Of a DNA stretch of 64,000 bases, positions 56,310 through 64,000 are shown piece by piece. The notes under the pieces are model-generated. The model saw only the letters and a program-made list of their open reading frames with translations, searched no databases and was not told the origin of the DNA. The stretch comes from Nitrospirota bacterium (lineage in GTDB: Bacteria; Nitrospirota; Thermodesulfovibrionia; Thermodesulfovibrionales; UBA9159). The stretch lies in assembly GCA_963699545.1 (NCBI GenBank), contig CAVOUE010000006.1, positions 406,068 to 470,067 on the forward strand, given 5' to 3'. Position 1 is the stretch's first letter. Each line of letters begins with the position of its first letter. The position numbers and the translations under genes were made by a program.

Positions 56310-58845
56310 TCACGCCCCTGCGCCCGGTTTTATCTTCCAGATATGTTCGCAGTATTCCCGTATCGATCGGTCAGACGAAAACTTCCCCATGCGGGCCACA
56401 TTCAGGACCGACATGCGCACCCAGTTGTCCCGGTCGCGATATGCCGAACTCACCCGGTCCTGGCAGTCAATATAGGACTGATAGTCTGCCAGGAGAAGGA
56501 AAGGATCATGGTTCAGGAGGTTCTCCACCAGAGGCCTGAAGAGTTCCCTGTCACCCCAGGAGAAATAGCCTGACCGTATCTGATCGATCGCCTCCCTGAG
56601 GTCCGGGTTTGACTCGTAATAGCCCCGGGGATTATAACCCTTGACCTTCAGGTCCTCGACTTCCCCTGCGGTAAGCCCGAAGAGGAAGAAGTTCTCAGGA
56701 CCTACTTCTTCCCGGATCTCGACGTTCGCGCCGTCAAGGGTGCCTATCGTGAGGGCGCCGTTCATCGAGAATTTCATGTTGCCTGTTCCTGAGGCCTCTT
56801 TCCCTGCAGTCGATATCTGCTCCGAGAGGTCTGCGGCAGGATAGACATTATGCGCGTTCTTCACATTGAAGTCCGGGAAGAAGACGACCTTCAGCCTTCC
56901 GGCAACATCAGGATCATTGTTCACCACCTCGGCTACTGAATTGATCAGCTTGATGATCAGCTTTGCCATGAAGTATCCCGGCGCGGCCTTTCCTCCGAAG
57001 ATGAACGTGCGGGGGATAATCTCCTGTTTCGGGTCTTTCTTGATGCGATTGTAGAGCGTGATAATATGGAGCACGTTCAGGTGCTGCCGCTTGTACTCAT
57101 GGATCCGCTTCACCTGGATATCGAAGAGCGAATCGGGATCTGCAGCGATCCCGGTCCTTTCCTTGATGACCGCGGCAAGTCTGGACTTGTTGTCACGCTT
57201 GATCTTCCCCCATTCCTCCTGAAAGCCGGGATCATCGGCAAAGGGCTCGATCTTCCTGATCTCGTCTTCAAAATGCTTGATCCATCGGTCGCCGATCTTC
57301 CCTGTGAGCAGCTCCGTGAGTCCGGGATTGGACAGGGCTATCCAGCGCCGCGGGGTCACTCCGTTCGTCACGTTCACAAAACGATCGGGATAAAGGTCAT
57401 ACATGTCTTTGAGAACCGTCTTTGTAAGAAGATCGGAGTGCAGCGCCGCCACGCCGTTGATGCAATGGCTCCCCACCGAGGCAAGATGCGCCATGCGAAC
57501 ATACTTCTCCCCGCTTTCGTCGATGATGCGAAAGACGGGCAACCAGGCCGTCATCGCCGGGATATCTGAGGCGGACTTCGTCGAGAAATCTGCGGTTGAT
57601 CTCGTAGATGATCTCCAGATGCCGCGGGAGGCTGTCGCGGAAAAGCTGCAGGGGCCATTTTTCGAGCGCCTCGGGCAGAAGCGTATGGTTGGTGTACGCC
57701 ATTGTCTGTTGCGTAATCTTCCATGCCCTGTCCCAGTCCATCAGATGCTCGTCCACGAGGAGCCGCATAAGTTCTGCAACCGCGATTGAAGGATGGGTAT
57801 CATTCAGCTGGACGGCAAAGCTCTCATGGAATGTCTCAATGCGCTGCCCCCGCAATTAGATGGATGCGGATCATGTCCTGAAGAGAGCAGGAGACGAAGA
57901 AGTACTGCTGCGCAAGCCGGAGGGTCTTGCCGATTTCCGGCTCGTCGTTCGGGTAGAGGACCTTGCTCACGGTCTCGGAAATGACTTTTGCTTCAACCGC
58001 CTTATAGTAGTCGCCGATATTGAATGCCTGGAAGTCAAAGGACTCGACCGCCTCTGATTTCCAGAGCCTGAGCAGGTCCACCATATCGTCCCGGTAGGCC
58101 GGGACAGCGGTATCATAGGCGATGCCCTTGACCACACGGTGAGGGACCCAGCGGACCCTGAAGCGGCCTTTCTCGTCCCGGTATTGCTCTGTATAACCGC
58201 CGAAATTCACATAATAGGAGATCTCGGCCGCAGATCTCCCAAGGGTTGCCAAGGCGGAGCCACTTGTCGGTCTTTTCGACCTGCCATCCGTCGCGGATCT
58301 CCTGGTCAAAGATGCCGAACTCATACCGGATGCCGTACCCGATCGACCGGCACGCTCAACGATGCAAGAGAGTCCATGTAGCATGCGGCAAGCCTGCCTA
58401 GGCCGCCGTTTCCCAGCCCCGGTTCTTCCTCCTGCAGCAAGCAGATCGTCCAGGTCAAGGCCCAGTTCCTTCACCGCCTCCCTCATCTGGTCGGTAATGC
58501 CAAGATTCAGGAGATTGTTTCCCAGGTGAGGTCCCATCAGAAACTCCGCGGAGAGGTAGCATGCGATCTTTACCTTCGGTCGCCGCAATCCCTTGAGCGT
58601 ACGGACAAAGCGTTCCAGCATCCGGTCGCCGCACCGTATAGGCCACCGCCATATACCAGTCGTTCCGCGTGGCAAGCTCCGGGATGCGTCGCCTGAACAT
58701 AATAAAGGTTGTCGAGGATCGCCTGCCTCAGCGTCCCTGAGCTCGTTCCCGTCCGTATGTCGTCACTTTCCTGCCGAATCGATGCAACCTCAGCCGGATT
58801 GGTGTCTCTGCTGGAGTTCTCTCTCTTATCAGCTTTTTGTACCAT
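56310..58845 (-). CDS. glgP: Glycogen/starch phosphorylase (several frameshifts)
   Basis: [61 protein letters not shown]. Confidence 0.95.
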
Positions 58846-58983
58846 TGGTTTCTCCTTTAGCCTCCTCAACCCGTCTTGCCTTATCTTATTTGGCAGGCAT
58901 TGCGAATTTTCTCACGCGCCTGCTCGATAATTCCTTCCTGCATTAATCCCTCTATTGCTTCTCTTGTGCCAGGGATGGGCTCA

Positions 58984-60537
58984 TTATGCTTCCACAATCT
59001 CCCTGCCTCCTTCGTATAAGGCAATTGGTCCATCGGCACTAACCTTAATAACAAAGCCCTTGTTGGACAGTTCAAGGGCTGCCGCTGACCGGGCGCCTTC
59101 AGAACCCCTTGGCCGGCTTGAAATGATTGCGCCGTAGGCCAGGAGTTTCCCTTTTCTGTTTATGAGGGTAGCCCCGTCAATGGAAGCGAGCATCGCCAGC
59201 ATCGAAGGGCCAAGTGAAATCACTTTATCGCTATGCAGTAAGGCATGGAATAACCACTCGGGATATATGTCATGGATCCCTTTCTCTGAAGCCGGCGAGG
59301 GTTCTTCGAGTACCTTTTCCCTGTCTTTATGCATAGCATACTGTCCGATCCTCCTGCGAGCGATGTCAACGCGGTCCTTTTCATGAAGCCCGTCAGGAAC
59401 ATTTTCAACTAAACCCAGGACACCACTCTGCCCCATGGTCGAAAGAATAACTGCTGCATCAAGCATCGTCGCGGCTATTGCACTGTATTTCTTTCTTATT
59501 ACTCTCTTCAGAGAATCCCAGAGTAATCCACGCCACTTGCCGGAGCGCCAGATAAAGAGCGGATGTCCCTTCAAAAATATTACGATAGAACCGTTCTTTC
59601 TTAAGGCAAGGGAAAGACCACGTAACGATGCAGATGCTTCTGCCGGAAAACCCAGAGAGCCAAACGGCCCCGCTGCATAATGAGCACGTCGCTTAGTCTT
59701 CCCTAAAGACTTCGCCGTCAACCATCCGACTGCCTCTCCGGAAGGTGAAATCCATAACGCTGCCCTCAAACCATCCGCCAGGAGCGCTGTCCTTTTTAAT
59801 GTCTGAAAGTCATCCGGGTATTTCCCGATCTTCCACGACCTCGGGGCTTTTGGAGGAGGCGCAATAATGACTCCATGTGACACCTCTTTGCCCTCCACCC
59901 GGTGACTTGCAAGGCTTTCAAGGTATCTGTGGACCTCGGCTACTGTCTTTGCCAATACATCACGCATTCGATGATCGGATGCGGAGGCTCCGGACGAATA
60001 ATGCAAGGTCGCTATTATGTGAGAAATTATCCATCGGGGAAACTCAACGGAAAGAGGCATTCTTATCTGAGGATGCAAATCCGGGCCAATATATTTCGCC
60101 CAGGTCCCCAAGGCGTGCTCACAAATCGCTACTGCCGTCACAACTTCCTGAAGGTGCGCCCATCGGGGGGATACTCTTTGAACTTTGCCCCCCTTAGGGA
60201 CAGAGTGCCGGCGGCTTCTATGATCATCGGATGAATCCTTCGAGTGGAGACCGAGAAAGTAACTGACCGTCTCACTCGGCATTACACTGATTTGCCTCTT
60301 CCAACGCCTGTCATCCGGCACACTCAAAAAACGTGTCCTCAGCGGTTCAGGAAACGAACCTTGTTCGAATGTCGGTTCAGGTTGAATATTTGAAATCACG
60401 CGGCCCCTCTTATAGTCAAGGATAACCTGGACTCCCGGGAAGAGATCGGACAGAACCTCTGCAGCCTTTCTCCCCAGGAAATCGAACTGCTCACCCGGCC
60501 TGAACGGAGGATCAAAATTAGTCATTATCAGACCCAT
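58984..60537 (-). CDS. Divergent diadenylate cyclase (DisA_N/DAC-fold) protein with a long N-terminal region
   Basis: C-terminal SIDGATLI...GAII...GARSAAA...IKVSADGPI matches the DAC layout (DGA ... GxRHRAA ... VSEDG) with an altered RHR motif. Confidence 0.68.
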   Translation of the reverse strand: MGLIMTNFDPPFRPGEQFDFLGRKAAEVLSDLFPGVQVILDYKRGRVISNIQPEPTFEQGSFPEPLRTRFLSVPDDRRWKRQISVMPSETVSYFLGLHSKDSSDDHRSRRHSVPKGGKVQRVSPRWAHLQEVVTAVAICEHALGTWAKYIGPDLHPQIRMPLSVEFPRWIISHIIATLHYSSGASASDHRMRDVLAKTVAEVHRYLESLASHRVEGKEVSHGVIIAPPPKAPRSWKIGKYPDDFQTLKRTALLADGLRAALWISPSGEAVGWLTAKSLGKTKRRAHYAAGPFGSLGFPAEASASLRGLSLALRKNGSIVIFLKGHPLFIWRSGKWRGLLWDSLKRVIRKKYSAIAATMLDAAVILSTMGQSGVLGLVENVPDGLHEKDRVDIARRRIGQYAMHKDREKVLEEPSPASEKGIHDIYPEWLFHALLHSDKVISLGPSMLAMLASIDGATLINRKGKLLAYGAIISSRPRGSEGARSAAALELSNKGFVIKVSADGPIALYEGGREIVEA

Positions 60538-60827
60538 GATATTTCCTTTGCTCTTTGAGGTGGCATCATAGTCGTTAATAGCCGCTGTCGGGATCAGTCA
60601 TCTTTCTATATCATTTTCTTAACGGGCATTCAACCCCGTTTTGCTTTATCTTTCAGGCAATCCTCTCTTCAGCAGCAATCGAACTCACCGCATCCTATCG
60701 ACGAGGCGGTTCTAAAACAGTCCCTATTACCTTCGCCGCGCTGTTCAGACCTTCCGGGAGACTGGAAACTGGAAGACTACGCCCTTCAGGCGACGAGTTT
60801 CAAAAACCGATTGACTCCAGTGTCCGC

Positions 60828-61544
60828 TTACCGCTTACTTCTTATGGGTAACTCCTCAATCAATTCCATCTGTATTTTTTGAATTTCCAAAAGTCTTTGC
60901 CACTGATCTACAACCCAAAGGTCAACTTTTTCATGTAGGTGATGAATTTCCAATTCTGCTTTTAAATTAACTCGGTAATCATATTCTGCCCTGAGCCGGT
61001 CTCTTGCTGCCTGCCGATTTTGACTCATCATGATAATTGGTGCTTGAACAGCTGCAAGACATGAGAGAACCAGGTTCAGTAAGATGAATGGATAGGGATC
61101 AAAGGGTTTAGCAACTAATATATAGGAATTGAGCGCCATCCATACTAACATAAGAATTGCAAACAGACCTAAAAAATTCCAACTTCCGCCAAATTCTGCA
61201 ATCCTGTCAGCCAAACGTTCTCCAGATGTAAGTTGGCTATCGTATTCTATGTTGATGTTCTTCGAGAGAAGCTCATGCTCTTTAAGGCTATCAATTACCT
61301 GCTGTTCCAAAGCAGAAAGCTTTCCTTTATCTCCCTCTATTACCTCCTGAACATATTCCGCCCTGAAACGGTTAAGGTCAGAAAGACAGATATACCCGCT
61401 GGTAGACCAGTCTGGATATTTTTTTGCAATGCTATTGAGAATGGGTTCTCGAACTAATTCTACAGACAGTACTTCACTCAGCTTTTTTTGTTCTTTACAA
61501 ACTTGACATATAACAATCTCTCCTGGCTTTTTCTTCATGTCCAT
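60828..61544 (-). CDS. DUF1003-family membrane protein
   Basis: GERLADRIAEFGGSW, FDPYPFILLNLVLSCLAAVQAPIIMMSQNRQ, NLKAELEI. Confidence 0.9.
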   Translation of the reverse strand: MDMKKKPGEIVICQVCKEQKKLSEVLSVELVREPILNSIAKKYPDWSTSGYICLSDLNRFRAEYVQEVIEGDKGKLSALEQQVIDSLKEHELLSKNINIEYDSQLTSGERLADRIAEFGGSWNFLGLFAILMLVWMALNSYILVAKPFDPYPFILLNLVLSCLAAVQAPIIMMSQNRQAARDRLRAEYDYRVNLKAELEIHHLHEKVDLWVVDQWQRLLEIQKIQMELIEELPIRSKR

Positions 61545-61690
61545 ATTCCCTCCGTATCAGTATTTGCTCGCTGTCCTTTAGGAGAACAAACCGCCTCAGG
61601 GAAGCTTTGCGCTAAGTGCCATAGCGAATGTCCTATTTCAATGGAACTCGCGATTGCACTCACTGTATCTTATGCATCGGGCATTCCGAA

Positions 61691-61999
61691 TTATTTCTCA
61701 TGCCTCTTGGCAATAATACCTTCCCGCATGAGAAGCTCTTCAAGGAAAGCCATTTTGAATTTTTTCTCATGCTTGTTGGGAATGATACCGTCCTCCATGA
61801 GACCCTCTTCAATGATAGCCAGGACGGCATTTTCCCTGTTGACTGAATCGGGAAGTTTCTCGAGGACTTGCCGTATAATGTCAGCATAAAGGGAGGTAAG
61901 TCCCAATGCCTCATCCAGAAGCGGGCCCTCCGGCAATAGGTCATGGGCTTCCAACACCACCTTTACGTCATTGTCACTGGGCTTCCAGTCTGCATCCAT
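61691..61999 (-). CDS. Small acidic hypothetical protein
   Basis: SD GGAGG before ATG; 102-aa open frame; internal duplication EGLMEDGII / ELLMREGII. Confidence 0.6.
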   Translation of the reverse strand: MDADWKPSDNDVKVVLEAHDLLPEGPLLDEALGLTSLYADIIRQVLEKLPDSVNRENAVLAIIEEGLMEDGIIPNKHEKKFKMAFLEELLMREGIIAKRHEK

Positions 62000-62159
62000 T
62001 TTCTCTTCCTCCTAATTCATAGACCTTCCTCACTTAGGGTGATCACTAAAACTATCCTCGATATAAGAATCATGCATCAGTAGACACTTCAAATCAAAAG
62101 GTCGTCCCTACCCCGCTGGGATTGTGATGGTCAGGCATACTCCTTTCGCTCTCTCTATA

Positions 62160-62661
62160 AATTTTTCACCCACCATCGGAATCTGTGAGGAGAACCTGGA
62201 CATCTATCAGCAATCGAAGCCGTCTGTAATCTGCAGAAAGCGAGCCACCTTCGGCCAGGTAGGACTTTTCCGAAAAGTGGAAGGTACTTCTGTGCCAGCT
62301 GGACTGTGGCATTATCTGCCTCCATCTCTATCCCTTTGTTAAACTCAAGGCATCGCCATCACTCAAGCTGCCGAAGCCTTCCTGCATAATCCCGCCTTAA
62401 TGATGCCAAGACGAACATCGTTAATCTTTTCCATTTCAGCCGCATACTGATCGTATACCGGCCAGAATTTCTCTGCCTCTTGCATCCGTCAATTGCATGT
62501 TTGCTGCAACAAGCTGCTTTACTTGCGACCGTAGTATCCTTTCTCAGCAACTCAATATCCTTGTCTAATGTCTGGGTCGCGCCTGCCTGTAAAATCAAAA
62601 CGCCATTCGTCACCATAAGTACCCCTGCAAACAATAATACCGCGATAAGAGTCTTTTTCAT
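62160..62661 (-). CDS. Secreted helical hypothetical protein, broken by multiple indels
   Basis: Signal peptide MKKTLIAVLLFAG; fragments across frames DIELLRKD / KQLVAANMQLTDA / EKFWPVYDQYAAEMEKIND / KYLPLFGKVLPGRKVARFLQ / SQIPMV. Confidence 0.6.
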
Positions 62662-62662
62662 T

Positions 62663-62830
62663 CCTTTCTTCCTCCTTTTTGGTGTATTCCCCAACAAGTC
62701 GGTGAGGACTGTCAACATAAAGGGCGGTGAATCCCAATGCTCCATCTAACAAGGGGCCCTCCGGAAACAAGCCATGGACTTCCATTACCGTCTTTACGTC
62801 ACTCTCACTGGGCTTATAGTCTGAATCCAT
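62663..62830 (-). pseudogene. Truncated paralog of the 61691-61999 protein
   Basis: MDSDYKPSESDVKTVMEVHGLFPEGPLLDGALGFTALY aligns without gaps to MDADWKPSDNDVKVVLEAHDLLPEGPLLDEALGLTSLY; similarity is then lost. Confidence 0.6.
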
Positions 62831-63269
62831 TTGCTGTTACCCCCTTTCTCCGCAGTGCGTATTCTTCTTAATTAGTTCTAAAATTTAACTATCGCCATCT
62901 CGCAGGGAAAACCATGGACACCAGTCTTGTCGGACTCAATACTCCACACCGAAGATGGCCGGTTCCAGCCCTCAAGCCCAAAAAGGGTTGTGTACGACAT
63001 GAATGATATAAAGTGACGCACTGTATCTCTTCGATAGCGAGATGCCGTAATGTACAGCCTTCCTGCAGTAAGTGGTCATTTTTCTGCTCACTCACTGGAT
63101 TTTTTTTCGGTCTGACATCTTCCATAAACCTACCTCCTGAATCGAAATCTAGAGCCTGGTCGCTTCTCTCCGATCCATCATAGGGTGTTTGATCATTCGA
63201 CAACGAATGATGTCCACTGTCACCTTTTAAAACCTCTCACACCATGAAGGACTTAAGAAAGTTGCTCTC

Positions 63270-64000
63270 CTAATTTTGGGATGACGCAAGCAACCCAATT
63301 GTTTTGTTAAGCTCGGTTTGCGCAAGGCGATATTCAAGAGAAGCCTGAAGTGCATCCATTTCCGCCTTTCTTAATGCCGCAACAGTTTCCGCACGCCTTG
63401 CCGCCGTTACAGTCCCCGCCTTAAGGCCGTTTCCGCTGAGGCGTTCATTTTCCTGGCACAATAAAAGGGCCTCACGGGGAACGTCCATTATTTTTTTGCG
63501 AGTGTTCCAGCTTCCGGTACACCTTGTCGATCTCAATCCCGATCCGTTTGTCGTGGAATCGGTGCCAGGTTCTCTTCGGCCTGCGACTGCTGGGCGACCG
63601 TTGGCCGACTTCTCCTTTTCGCTTTCCCCAGTCGAAAATGTTCCAGCTCAGCTCAACCCCGAAAAAGCCCATGTTCTTCACCAGAAACGGCGCTCCGTCC
63701 TGGTAGCCGTGCTTGGCAAAGAGCGTCACGTCGGGAATGTACTCGTACTTTGCAGCCATCACCGCGTGGCGCGACTTTTCCAGTGTTTCGCGAGCGGCAA
63801 GCAGTTCGCCGTTTCCGGCACGGGCCTGAGCATAGGCCTGGTCTTTTAAGGTTCTGTCAGCTCCGGCAAACCAGAATCGGTCACTTCCAGAATAGCGTCA
63901 CTGGGCAGACCCAATAGGTCGTTGAGCTCCGAGGTTACGTCCGAGATGCGGGTCTCCGCGACGATAAGCGCCTGCCTGGACCGGAGCAGATTGGCCTTGG
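63270..64000 (-). CDS. TolC-family outer membrane protein, 3' part (frameshifted; runs off window end)
   Basis: AAKYEYIPDVTLFA, GVELSWNIFDWGKRK, LQASLEYRLAQTELNKTIG OEP-type segments. Confidence 0.75.

Noticed and set aside
58881-59075. 64-aa ORF bridging the DAC-like gene and glgP
   Set aside because: It overlaps the DAC gene in another frame and has no SD or motif support.
60540-60760. Possible cyclic-dinucleotide riboswitch upstream of the DAC-like gene
   Set aside because: No c-di-AMP (ydaO) or c-di-GMP consensus recognisable by eye; an Infernal/Rfam scan would be needed.
60772-60803. gaagactacgcccttcaggcgacgagtttca, resembling an IS200/IS605 right-end hairpin
   Set aside because: Short and degenerate, with no tnpA or tnpB remnant recognisable nearby.
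62889-63203. 104-aa ORF downstream of the TolC-like gene
   Set aside because: Low-quality, indel-rich region with no recognisable protein features.

Overview
A 64-kb bacterial chromosomal segment. The gene set suggests an anaerobic Gram-negative organism, possibly Nitrospirota/Thermodesulfovibrionia or Desulfobacterota (inference only). Many genes carry single-base frameshifts, most likely long-read consensus errors. Left part: bioB-aroB-aroK-aroC; two paralogous lipoprotein subtilases with Cys-containing C-terminal sorting tails flanking a CPBP intramembrane protease; a TPR lipoprotein; a large M12-like metalloprotease with three near-identical 585-bp repeats; mfd, rfaE2, a NUDIX hydrolase and rseP-dxr-cdsA-uppS. 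Middle: GT2 and WbaP, a type II secretion cluster gspEF-HIJKLM (no gspG or gspD), murA, accD, trpAB, a PIN toxin-antitoxin pair and an MCE (Mla/Pqi) transporter. Right: a ~14.8-kb co-directional glycogen-to-pyruvate cluster glgP-glgX-fba-pfk-pyk-eno-gpmA-[4x4Fe-4S protein]-[W/Mo AOR-family oxidoreductase]-pgi. It lacks GAPDH and PGK and has the AOR/ferredoxin pair in their place, which suggests ferredoxin-reducing, archaeal-style glycolysis coupled to glycogen mobilisation; this is the most notable system. A divergent diadenylate-cyclase-fold gene lies directly upstream. Short 7-8-bp repeat families occur between genes and in frame inside aroC and the gspI leader. No rRNA, tRNA, CRISPR array or intact transposase was seen.
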